A stretch of DNA of 64,000 bases from Gemmatimonadales bacterium. Its GTDB lineage: Bacteria > Gemmatimonadota > Gemmatimonadetes > Gemmatimonadales > JACORV01. Where the stretch lies: assembly GCA_035502185.1 (NCBI GenBank), contig DATJUT010000112.1:30942-94941 (forward strand), given 5' to 3'. The translations under genes were made by a program, and so were the position numbers. Positions within the stretch are counted from its first letter, which is position 1. Every line of letters begins with the position of its first letter. The notes beneath the pieces are model-generated. The model saw only the letters and a program-made list of their open reading frames with translations. It ran no database searches and had not been told where the DNA came from. Shown in pieces: positions 46,147-54,714 of the stretch.

Positions 46147-47532
46147 ATGCGTCCGTCCATCGTGCTGCTGTTCACCGTCGGTTTCGCTTCGTTCCTGGCC
46201 AGGAGCGCGTCGGCCCAGGCCGCCGCGGCGGGCGACACCACCCACCCGGGCGCGCCCGCGGCCGACACCACGCCGGCCAGGGCTCCGTTCGCCTTCGCCG
46301 ATTTCACCTGGCTGCAGGGCAACCCGCGGCAGACCGTGTCGGTGCTCGACTCGAAGTACTTCACGGGTGAGTTCCGGCTCGACGCCTCGTACATCGGGGA
46401 CTTCAACCGTCCGGCCGACCATACGCTGGTCGGCACCAGCGAAAGCGGGCGCACCGGCGAGGTCCAGGTGCAGCAGCTCGGCGTCGGCGGCGACTTCCAC
46501 ACCGAGCACGCGATCGGCCGGCTGATGACCCAGTTCGGCATGTACTCGACGATGACGCCGCGCAACGACGCCAGCCCCGCGCGGGGCCAGTGGGACCTGG
46601 CCGACGCGTACCGCTACATCTCGGAGGCGTACGGCGGCTACCACTGGAACAAGTGGAACGGGATCAACTTCGAGGCCGGCATCTTCATGTCGTACGTGGG
46701 GCTGTTCGGCTATTACAACTTCGACAACTGGGCGTACCAGCCCTCCTATGTCTCGAGCAACACCCCCTGGTTCTTCAACGGGATGCGGGTCCAGATCTTC
46801 CCGAGCGACAAGCTGAAGATCGAGCCGTGGCTCATCAACGGCTGGCAGTCGTACGGCATGTTCAACCAGGTGCCGGGCCTCGGCCTGCAGGTGCTGTGGC
46901 GGCCGAACGGATCGGTGTCGGTGCTGTCCAACAGCTACTACGGCTACGACTGGCTCGGCATTCCGGGACGGGCGCGGGTGCACAGCGACAACAGCGTGCA
47001 GCTCAAGTACCTCGACCGGCCCGGGAGCTTCCCCGACAAGGGGGCGTTCTCGCTCACGGTGGACGCGGGCTGCGAGAACGGCGGGGGCGTGAGCTGCACC
47101 GGCACGGCCCTGGGTCCGAAGCAGGCCTTCCTCGGGTTCATGTTCTACAACCGCTTCTGGTTCGCGAAGGACATCTACGCCGTGACCCTGGGCGGCGGCG
47201 CGATGACCAACCCGGGGCGCTACCTGGTGCTGATGCCGCCCATCAACGGGGCGACCGCGTTTTCGGGGACGCCGTACTTCACGGAGAATCCGGGGGACCA
47301 GTTCACCGCCTGGGACGCCTCGGTCACGCTGGATTATATGCCCGACCAGTTCGTGACCTTCCGGATGGAGTTCGACCACCGCCACGCCAGCGTGCCCTAC
47401 TTCGCCGGGCCGGGCGGGGTCACGCCTCCGGGCGGCAACCAGGGCGCGCCGGGCTCGAGCGTCAGCAACTGGGCGCCGGACCTCAGGAACACGGAGAACC
47501 GGATCAACTGCGCGGTGCTGGTCAAGCTCTGA
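46147..47532 (+). CDS. putative outer-membrane beta-barrel protein (porin-like) inside the kdp cluster
   Basis: ATG at 46147 gives the signal peptide MRPSIVLLFTVGFASFLARSASAQA. The sequence is aromatic- and Gly-rich with alternating patterns (YGGYHWNKWNGINFEAGIFMSYVGLFGYYNF...). It resembles the OmpL-like/BBP2 porins I recall next to kdp genes in other phyla. This is unverified. Confidence 0.65.
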   Translation: MRPSIVLLFTVGFASFLARSASAQAAAAGDTTHPGAPAADTTPARAPFAFADFTWLQGNPRQTVSVLDSKYFTGEFRLDASYIGDFNRPADHTLVGTSESGRTGEVQVQQLGVGGDFHTEHAIGRLMTQFGMYSTMTPRNDASPARGQWDLADAYRYISEAYGGYHWNKWNGINFEAGIFMSYVGLFGYYNFDNWAYQPSYVSSNTPWFFNGMRVQIFPSDKLKIEPWLINGWQSYGMFNQVPGLGLQVLWRPNGSVSVLSNSYYGYDWLGIPGRARVHSDNSVQLKYLDRPGSFPDKGAFSLTVDAGCENGGGVSCTGTALGPKQAFLGFMFYNRFWFAKDIYAVTLGGGAMTNPGRYLVLMPPINGATAFSGTPYFTENPGDQFTAWDASVTLDYMPDQFVTFRMEFDHRHASVPYFAGPGGVTPPGGNQGAPGSSVSNWAPDLRNTENRINCAVLVKL

Positions 47533-47717
47533 GCGGCCGGGCCAGGGCCGGCGGTCCGCGGCGCGGCGGGCGTAACCGCCTCCTCCATATCGGCCGGCGC
47601 CGTGACCGATATACCTTAATGCCGGTCCGGTCACGCCGGGCGGGGAACCGCCGCGGGGGCTCCGCTCACACCCGAGCGGACCGCGCCGGGCTCCCCGTGC
47701 CGGCCAGGCGACGCCCA

Positions 47718-48323
47718 ATGGCGAGTGACAAACGACTGGGAGACCTCCAGCTGCGGGTCCGCCGGATCCACCGCCGGGACCTCAACCGCGTGTGGGAGTT
47801 CCTGAAGCGGACGTTCCGGGACGTCAACCGCGAGACGGTCGAGTACCAGCGGCCCCGCCTCAAGCGGCACTTCCTGGACGTGTACGAGGACGAGTCGGTC
47901 GAACAGCTCCTCTTCGAGCTGGTCGCGGAGTCGGGCGCGGAGATCGTCGGGTACGCCGAATGCGCCTTCGGGGTCGCCGGCGCCGACAACTGGATCAACG
48001 AGGCCTACTTCGAGAAGCGGGAGATGCGCCCGCTGTTCGTGGACGAGCTGGCCGTTCACCCGTCGTACCAGGGGCGCGGCATCGGCGGCTTCATCCTCGA
48101 GCAGCTGGACCACCTGGCGCGGGTGCGGGGCTGCACCCACCTCGTCCTCGAGGTGGCGGAGAACAACGAGACGGCGCTCCACTTCTACCGGTCCCGCAAC
48201 TTCTACCGGCTGGATGCCGCGGTCTTCCTCGCCAAGAAGGTGCCGGGCGAGGCGGAGCTGCTCCCGCCGCGCCGGCTGCGGCGCGGCCGGGCCGCCGCCC
48301 GGCCCCGGCACGACGGCCGCTGA
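47718..48323 (+). CDS. GNAT family N-acetyltransferase
   Basis: ATG at 47718. The acetyl-CoA motif is LAVHPSYQGRGIGGFILEQL...ALHFYRSRNFY. The C-terminal tail is Arg-rich. Confidence 0.8.
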   Translation: MASDKRLGDLQLRVRRIHRRDLNRVWEFLKRTFRDVNRETVEYQRPRLKRHFLDVYEDESVEQLLFELVAESGAEIVGYAECAFGVAGADNWINEAYFEKREMRPLFVDELAVHPSYQGRGIGGFILEQLDHLARVRGCTHLVLEVAENNETALHFYRSRNFYRLDAAVFLAKKVPGEAELLPPRRLRRGRAAARPRHDGR

Positions 48324-48374
48324 CGGCCCGCCGCACCGCACCGACCTCGGGTTCCCCGGCTGAGGACCATACCC

Positions 48375-51068
48375 ATGAGCGACGGCCGCCCCGATCCTGA
48401 AGCCCTGCTCGCCAGGCTGCGCGAGGAGGAGCGGGAGGCCGGCCTCGGGCGCCTCAAGATCTTCTTCGGCGCCTCGCCCGGCGTGGGCAAGACCTACGCG
48501 ATGCTGGAGGCGGCGCGGGCCCGGGCGAAGGAGGGGGTGGACGTCGTGGTCGGCGTGGTCGAGACCCACGGCCGGCCCGAGACCGCCGCGCTGCTGGAGG
48601 GCCTGCCGACGCTGCCGCGGCGCAGCGTCGAGTACCACGGCATCACGCTCCAGGAGTTCGATCTCGACGCCGCGCTGGCGCGCCATCCCGGCCTCCTGCT
48701 GGTGGACGAGCTGGCCCACTCCAATGCTCCCGGCTCGCGCCACGCCAAGCGCTGGCAGGACGTGGAAGAGCTGCTGGCCGCGGGCATCGACGTCTACAGC
48801 ACGCTGAACGTCCAGCACATCGAGAGTCTCAACGACGTGGTGGCCCAGATCACCCGGGTCACGGTGCGCGAGACGCTGCCCGACGCCGTGTTCGACCAGG
48901 CGGACGAGATCGAGCTGGCCGACCTGTCGGCCGACGACCTGCTGGCGCGGTTGAGGCAGGGCAGGGTCTACGTGCCGGAGCAGGCCGCGGCGGCCATCGA
49001 GCGGTTCTTCCGCAAGGGGAACCTGATCGCGCTGCGCGAGCTGACGCTGCGGCGCGCGGCCGAGCGGGTGGACGCGCAGATGCGCGGCTACATGCGGGAT
49101 GCCGGCATTCACTCGACCTGGCCGGCCGGCGATCGGCTGCTGGTGTGCATCGGGCCGAACCCGGACGGCGCGCGGCTGGTGCGGGCGGGCAAGCGCATGG
49201 CCACCGGCCTGAAGTGCGAGTGGCGGGTCGTGCACGTGGAGCGCCCCGGCGAGCGGGTGTCGCCCGGGGACCGCGACGCCCTGCTGGGCAATCTCCGGCT
49301 GGCCGAGTCGCTCGGCGCCGTGACCGCCTCGCTCAGCGGCCAGAGCGCCGCCGACGCGATCCTGGAGTACGCCCGCCAGCACAACGTCACCAAGATCGTG
49401 ATCGGCAAGCCGACGCATCCGCGCTGGCGCGACAAGCTGTACGGCTCCACGCTCGACCAGCTGGTGCGGGGGAGCGGCGACGTGGACGTGTACGCCATCA
49501 GCGGCGACGTCTCGGCGCGGCCCCGGCGCCGCGCGGGCGGCGGCCGCCGCTCGCCGGCCGGCGAGTACCTGCGGGCCGGCCTCATCGTGGCCGTGGCCAC
49601 GGCGCTGGCGGCCCTCGTGTTCCGGCTCCTGTCGGTCACGGACGTGGCGATGGTCTACCTGCTCGGCGTGGTGCTGGTGGCGTCCCGCTACGGCCGCGGA
49701 CCGTCGCTCTCCGCCGCGCTGCTCAGCATCGCGCTGTTCGACTACTTCTTCGTGCCGCCGTACCACACGTTCGCCGTGTCGGACGTCCGCTACGTCGTGA
49801 CCTTCGCGGTGATGCTGGTGATCGCGCTGGTGATGAGCGCGCTCACGCTCCGGATCCGCGCGCAGGCGGAGACCGCGCGGGCCCGCGAGGGCGACACGGC
49901 GACGCTGTACGCCATGAGCCGGGACCTGGCCGCCACCCGGGGACGCGGGGAGCTGGTGGCCGCGGCGGAGCGGCACCTGGCCAGCGCCCTCGGGGCGCAG
50001 GTGCAGGTCCTCCTGCCGAACGAGGCCGGGCGGGTGGAGATCCCGGTCGGGGCCGGGTCCGCGTATCCGATGGACGAGAAGGAGCGCAGCGTCGCGCAGT
50101 GGGTGTTCGATCACCGGCAGCCGGCGGGCATCGGCACGGACACGCTGCCGGCGGCCCGGGCGCGCTACGTGCCGCTGGAGGGATCGGCGGGCACCATCGG
50201 CGTCATGGGGGTGCGGCCGGACGACCCGCGGCGGCTCCAGGATCCGGCGCTGGTGCACCTGCTCGAGGCCTTCGCGGCGCAGGCCGCCGGGGCGCTGGAG
50301 CGGGCGCTGCTGGCCGAGCAGGCGCAGCGCGAGCAGGTCACGGCGGAAGCCGAGCGGCTGCGCACGGCGCTGCTGAGCAGCCTGTCGCACGACATGCGCA
50401 CGCCGCTCGGCGCCATCACGGGCGCGGCGAGCAGCCTGCTGGAGGACGGCGGCGCCCTCTCGGAGGCGGCGCGGCGCGACCTCGTCCAGGCCATCCTCGA
50501 GGAATCCACGCGCATGAACCGGCTGATCGGGAACCTGCTCGACATGATCCGGGTGGAGAGCGGCGCGCTGGAGGTGCAGAAGGAATGGCAGCCGCTGGAG
50601 GAGGTGGTGGGCGTGGCGCTCATCCGGCTCGAGCAGCGGCTGCGCGAGCATCCGGTCACGGTCGCGCTCCCGCCGGACCTGCCGCTGCTGTACATGGACG
50701 GGCTGCTGGTCGAGCAGGTGCTGGTGAACCTGCTGGAGAACGCGGCCAAGTACACCCCGCCCGGCACGCCGATCGAGATCTCGGCCGCCGCGAGCGATGC
50801 CGCGGTGGTCGTCGAGGTCGCCGACCACGGCCCGGGTCTTCCGGCCGGGGAGGAGACCCGAATCTTCGACAAGTTCTACCGGGTCGCCGGCGCCACGTCG
50901 GTCGCCGGGGTGGGGTTGGGACTCACCATCTGCCGGGGCATCGTGACCGCACACGGCGGCCGGATGTGGGCCGAGAACCGCCCGGGCGGCGGCGCCGTGT
51001 TCCGCTTCACCATCCCGCTCGCCGGCAATCCGCCCGCGAGCGTTCCCGCCGAGGCCGAGGCGAGTTAG
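48375..51068 (+). CDS. kdpD: sensor histidine kinase KdpD
   Basis: 897 aa. The KdpD N-terminal domain reads LKIFFGASPGVGKTYAML. A Usp-like region and 4 TM segments are present. H-box is LLSSLSHDMRTPL. HATPase motifs are NLLENAAKYTP, DHGPGL and GVGLGLTICRGIV. Confidence 0.95.
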   Translation: MSDGRPDPEALLARLREEEREAGLGRLKIFFGASPGVGKTYAMLEAARARAKEGVDVVVGVVETHGRPETAALLEGLPTLPRRSVEYHGITLQEFDLDAALARHPGLLLVDELAHSNAPGSRHAKRWQDVEELLAAGIDVYSTLNVQHIESLNDVVAQITRVTVRETLPDAVFDQADEIELADLSADDLLARLRQGRVYVPEQAAAAIERFFRKGNLIALRELTLRRAAERVDAQMRGYMRDAGIHSTWPAGDRLLVCIGPNPDGARLVRAGKRMATGLKCEWRVVHVERPGERVSPGDRDALLGNLRLAESLGAVTASLSGQSAADAILEYARQHNVTKIVIGKPTHPRWRDKLYGSTLDQLVRGSGDVDVYAISGDVSARPRRRAGGGRRSPAGEYLRAGLIVAVATALAALVFRLLSVTDVAMVYLLGVVLVASRYGRGPSLSAALLSIALFDYFFVPPYHTFAVSDVRYVVTFAVMLVIALVMSALTLRIRAQAETARAREGDTATLYAMSRDLAATRGRGELVAAAERHLASALGAQVQVLLPNEAGRVEIPVGAGSAYPMDEKERSVAQWVFDHRQPAGIGTDTLPAARARYVPLEGSAGTIGVMGVRPDDPRRLQDPALVHLLEAFAAQAAGALERALLAEQAQREQVTAEAERLRTALLSSLSHDMRTPLGAITGAASSLLEDGGALSEAARRDLVQAILEESTRMNRLIGNLLDMIRVESGALEVQKEWQPLEEVVGVALIRLEQRLREHPVTVALPPDLPLLYMDGLLVEQVLVNLLENAAKYTPPGTPIEISAAASDAAVVVEVADHGPGLPAGEETRIFDKFYRVAGATSVAGVGLGLTICRGIVTAHGGRMWAENRPGGGAVFRFTIPLAGNPPASVPAEAEAS

Positions 51069-51097
51069 CTTCTGCCGACCCCCGACCGCGGGATGCG

Positions 51098-51790
51098 ATG
51101 AGCGACGTCGCGCCGACGGTGCTGGTGATCGAGGACGAGGCCCAGATGCGACGCTTCCTCAAGGCGTCGCTGGAAGCCCACGACTACCGCCTGGTCGAGG
51201 CCGTCACGGCCCGCGAGGGGCTCGCCCAGGCCGCGGGCCGCAACCCCGACGTGATCCTGCTCGACCTCGGGCTGCCCGACATGGACGGGATCGAGCTGAC
51301 CCGGCGGGTGCGCGAGTGGTCCCGCGTCCCGGTCATCGTGATCTCGGCCCGGGGCCGGGAGCAGGACAAGATCGCGGCGCTCGACGCTGGCGCCGACGAC
51401 TACCTCACCAAGCCGTTCGGCCTGGGGGAGCTGCTGGCCCGCCTGCGGGTGGCGCTGCGCCACGTCGCCGAGGACGGCGGCGCGGAGCCGGTGTTCGTCG
51501 TGGGCGACCTCAAGGTGGACCTCGGCGCGCGGCTGGTGTTCCGCCGGGAGCGGGAGGTCCATCTCACCCCGATCGAGTACAAGCTGCTCGCCACGCTGGT
51601 GCGCCACGCGGGCAAGGTGCTCACCCACCGGCTGCTGCTGAAGGAGGTGTGGGGCCCGAACGCCGTGGAGCACACCCACTACGTCCGCGTGTACATGACG
51701 CAGCTCCGCCACAAGCTGGAGGACGATCCGTCGCGGCCGAAGTACCTGGTGACGGAATCCGGGGTGGGATACCGGCTGAAGGTGGAGTAG
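51098..51790 (+). CDS. kdpE: OmpR-family response regulator KdpE
   Basis: ATG at 51098. The receiver reads VLVIEDEAQMRRFL...ILLDLGLPDMDG. The winged-helix region reads LTPIEYKLLATLVRHAGKVLTHRLLLKEVWG...YVRVYMTQLRHKLE. Confidence 0.93.
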   Translation: MSDVAPTVLVIEDEAQMRRFLKASLEAHDYRLVEAVTAREGLAQAAGRNPDVILLDLGLPDMDGIELTRRVREWSRVPVIVISARGREQDKIAALDAGADDYLTKPFGLGELLARLRVALRHVAEDGGAEPVFVVGDLKVDLGARLVFRREREVHLTPIEYKLLATLVRHAGKVLTHRLLLKEVWGPNAVEHTHYVRVYMTQLRHKLEDDPSRPKYLVTESGVGYRLKVE

Positions 51791-51898
51791 CCGGGGCGGG
51801 GAACGCCCGGCGGCCCTGCGGGAGGCCGAAGCTGCGCTGCAGCGCCGCCGGCGCGCGCCGGCGGCCGCGGTCGCGATCCGGCCCGGCCGGGCGACGCC

Positions 51899-51927
51899 TT
51901 GCGTATGGTTATATTCCCAACTAATGT
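51899..51927 (+). promoter_or_regulatory. putative sigma70-type promoter of the MarR gene (would give a leaderless or near-leaderless mRNA)
   Basis: TTGCGT (51899-51904), a 17-nt AT-rich spacer, then TAATGT (51922-51927). The ATG is at 51934, only 6 nt after the -10. There is no SD sequence. Confidence 0.4.
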
Positions 51928-51933
51928 GATGGC

Positions 51934-52536
51934 ATGGGAGCCCGCCCGGCCGGGGCGCAGGTCCGGCATGCCCGCTCCGTCCTGAACTCGCTGCGCCGCA
52001 CGGTGCGCGCGTTCCGCGCCGCCGCGCAGGCGGCGGAGGCCGGGCTGGGCATCAGCGGGGCGCAGCACTTCGTGCTCGAGCGGCTGGCGGACGCGCCGGC
52101 CCTGTCGCTCAACGACCTGGCCACGCGCACCCTGACCCACAAGAGCTCGGTGTCGGTGGTCGTGAGCCGGCTGGTGGAGCGGGGGCTGGTGCGTCGGCAC
52201 CGGTCGGCGGCCGACGGGCGCAGCATCGTCCTGACGCTCACGCCGGCGGGCCGGCGGGCCCTGGCGCGGGCGCCGGAGTCCGCGCAGCACCGGATGGTGA
52301 CGGCCCTGCGGCGGTTCCCTCCCGGCCAGCTTGCCCGCTTCGCGCGCCTGTTCGAGCGGTTCACCGCCGAGCTCGGGGTGGCGACGCTGGAGCCGCTGAT
52401 GCTGTTCGAGGAGGAGCGGGCGGAGCGCTCCGGCGGGCGGCTCCGGCGCGCGGGGCGGGACCGGAACGCCGCACGGCACTCCGGTCGCGGGCGGGGTACA
52501 AGGAGGACCAAGTCCACCCACGAGCGGAGGTCGTAG
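51934..52536 (+). CDS. MarR-family transcriptional regulator with Arg-rich C-terminal tail
   Basis: The winged-HTH reads ISGAQHFVLERLADAPALSLNDLATRTLTHKSSVSVVVSRLVERGLVRR...DGRSIVLTLTPAGR. Confidence 0.8.
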   Translation: MGARPAGAQVRHARSVLNSLRRTVRAFRAAAQAAEAGLGISGAQHFVLERLADAPALSLNDLATRTLTHKSSVSVVVSRLVERGLVRRHRSAADGRSIVLTLTPAGRRALARAPESAQHRMVTALRRFPPGQLARFARLFERFTAELGVATLEPLMLFEEERAERSGGRLRRAGRDRNAARHSGRGRGTRRTKSTHERRS

Positions 52537-52537
52537 C

Positions 52538-53170
52538 ATGATACCGAGAGCAGGCAGATTGGCGGCGGCCGGGGCGGTGGCCCTGCTGGCGGCGTGCAGC
52601 CGGAACCCCAAGCCGGTCGCGGTGGCGCCGCCGGCGCCGACGGCCACGGACGAGCTGCGCGAGCAGATGCACCGGGATTCGATGCTGGCGATGGCGCGGG
52701 CCGACTCGATCGCCCGGGCGCAGAAGGCCGAGTCGCACGCCGACTCCGTCCGCGCGGCCGTGATGCGCGAGACGGTGGATTCGGCGAAGGACGTGACCAA
52801 CACGGGGCTCGACGCGGCGGACGCGACGATGCTGGCCGAGCGGGTGCACTTCGACTACAATCGGGCCGACCTGAAGGCGAACGACCTCAGCCTGCTCCAG
52901 CAGAAGCTGGGCATCCTGCAGGTCCACCCGCAGCTGCTGATCCAGGTCGCGGGGAACTGCGACGAGCGCGGCTCGGACGAGTACAACCTGGCGTTGGGTG
53001 AGCGGCGCGCCGCCGCGGCCAAGCGGTGGCTGACGGCGCACGGCATCGCCGACGGCCGGATCACGATCATCTCCTACGGCAAGGAGCGTCCGCTGGACAG
53101 CGGTCACGACGAGGACGCGTGGCAGAAGAACCGCCGCGACGACTTCGTGGTGACGCGCGGCGTGCGCTAG
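52538..53170 (+). CDS. OmpA-domain lipoprotein (Pal-like)
   Basis: The lipobox is VALLAACS. The OmpA_C region reads VHFDYNRADL...QVAGNCDERGSDEYNLALGERRAAAAKRWL...ISYGKERP. It starts 1 nt after the MarR stop. Confidence 0.85.
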   Translation: MIPRAGRLAAAGAVALLAACSRNPKPVAVAPPAPTATDELREQMHRDSMLAMARADSIARAQKAESHADSVRAAVMRETVDSAKDVTNTGLDAADATMLAERVHFDYNRADLKANDLSLLQQKLGILQVHPQLLIQVAGNCDERGSDEYNLALGERRAAAAKRWLTAHGIADGRITIISYGKERPLDSGHDEDAWQKNRRDDFVVTRGVR

Positions 53171-53212
53171 CGCCCGCGGCGCGGGGCGTCGCGTCTCGGC
53201 TAGGTGATGCCC

Positions 53213-53245
53213 AAGCCCCGCCGCCCGAGCCGGGTGGCGGGGCTT
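53213..53245. terminator. hairpin between convergent genes
   Basis: AAGCCCCGCC (53213-53222) pairs with GGCGGGGCTT (53236-53245), plus an inner CCCG/CGGG pair. It lies between the Pal-like stop and the antiporter stop. Confidence 0.6.
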
Positions 53246-53272
53246 CTCACGGCCGCCGCCGGCGCTCGGCGG

Positions 53273-54502
53273 TCAGGCGCCTCCGTCCGAGACCCGGCTC
53301 CGCGCGCCGCGCCCCAGGCTCCACTTCAGCGCCGGCGGCGTCACCAGCGTGGTGACGATGACCATGATCACCACGGCCGTGTAGATCCGCTCGTCCACGA
53401 TCCGCTCGCCGTGCAGGGTGAGCCCCAGGCCGATGCTGGCGAAAATCAGGCCCACCTCGCCGCGCGGGATCATCCCCAGGCCCACCGAGAGCCGGTCCAT
53501 TCGCCAGCCCCAGGCGCCCAGCGCGCAGGCCTGCTTGCCGGCGATCGCCGCCAGGGTCAGCAGCAGCGCGAGCCCGAGGCCGGCGGGCTGGGCGAAGGCC
53601 CGCAGCTCGACCCGCATGCCCATCAGCACGAAGAACACCGGCACCAGGAACGACGCCACCGGCTGCACCAGCTCGCGCACGCTGCGCTCGCCGCGGCTCG
53701 TGAAGGCGTTCCAGTGCACGTCCTCGAGGATCAGACCGGCCGCGTACGCGCCCACGATGGGCGCGAGCCCGACCTCGGCCGCCAGCCCGGCGAACACGAA
53801 GCACAGCACCAGCGCGGTCGCGAGCAGCACGCCGGGCGCCCGCAGGCGCGCGGCGACCCGGAACAGCCACGGCGACAGTGCCACGCCGAGGGCGAGCGAG
53901 CCCACGAGGAACGTGGCGGCCTTGGCCACCACCATCGCTGCGGCGGCCGGGGACAGGGTGGTGCCCCGGTTCGCGGCCTCGATGACGCCGGCGACGACCG
54001 CGAGAATCACCAGCCCGAGCACGTCGTCGATCACCGCGGCGCCGAGGATGATGCGCGCCTCGGCGGCCCGCGTCTTCCCGAGGTCCTTCAGGACCCGCGC
54101 CGTGATGCCGACGCTGGTCGCGGTGAGGGTCGCACCGAGGAACGCGTGGGAGTAGGCGCTGTGACCCGGCAGCAGCAGCGCGCCGACGCCCCACCCCAGG
54201 GCGAACGGCGCCGCGACGCCCAGGCAGGCGACCGCCGCGGCCGTCGCGCCCACCTTCAGCATCTCGCGCACCGTGGATTCGAGCCCGACCTCGAACAGCA
54301 GGATCAGCACGCCGAGCTGGGCGAGCATCCCGATGGACGCGTCGCCGGTCAGCGAGCGGAACCAGCCGACGCCGGCCAGATCCAGGTTGCCGAGGACGAC
54401 GCCCGCCATCAGCTCGCCGAGCACGGCGGGCTGGCCGACGCGGACCGCGAGGTCGCCGCCGAGCTTGGCGGCGGCGAGAATCGCCGCCAGCGCGAGCAGC
54501 AC
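53273..54502 (-). CDS. cation:proton antiporter (CPA2 / Kef-NapA-like membrane domain)
   Basis: 409 aa. It starts VLLALAAILAAAKLGGDLAVRVGQPAVLGELMAGVVLG, and there are multiple TM segments. The GTG start at 54502 is the first canonical start in the open frame. Confidence 0.85.
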   Translation of the reverse strand: MLLALAAILAAAKLGGDLAVRVGQPAVLGELMAGVVLGNLDLAGVGWFRSLTGDASIGMLAQLGVLILLFEVGLESTVREMLKVGATAAAVACLGVAAPFALGWGVGALLLPGHSAYSHAFLGATLTATSVGITARVLKDLGKTRAAEARIILGAAVIDDVLGLVILAVVAGVIEAANRGTTLSPAAAAMVVAKAATFLVGSLALGVALSPWLFRVAARLRAPGVLLATALVLCFVFAGLAAEVGLAPIVGAYAAGLILEDVHWNAFTSRGERSVRELVQPVASFLVPVFFVLMGMRVELRAFAQPAGLGLALLLTLAAIAGKQACALGAWGWRMDRLSVGLGMIPRGEVGLIFASIGLGLTLHGERIVDERIYTAVVIMVIVTTLVTPPALKWSLGRGARSRVSDGGA

Positions 54503-54714
54503 CGGCGCGACCGAGGTGACCGGGTCGCCGCCGACGAACGGCGCGACCGGGAGGGCCAGGGTGGGGACGAGCAGGGGAAGGTGGATCGTTCGCTCCGGAC
54601 GTGGCGGCGGTGGCGGAGGAGATGTTCGCTCGCGCGTCGGAACGGCGCAAGGCGACCGGCCCGATCGGTCGCCCTTGATGCGCCGGCGTGGGGGCCTTAT
54701 CTACCCGTCATCCC

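Noticed and set aside
54503-54598. A hydrophobic in-frame extension upstream of the antiporter start (…IHLPLLVPTLALPVAPFVGGDPVTSVAP-V…), suggesting a longer N-terminus.
   Set aside because: There is no ATG, GTG or TTG in that open stretch. Further upstream the frame turns into a Pro-run (PPPPPP). The protein beginning at GTG 54502 already aligns with the usual first TM helix of CPA2 antiporters.
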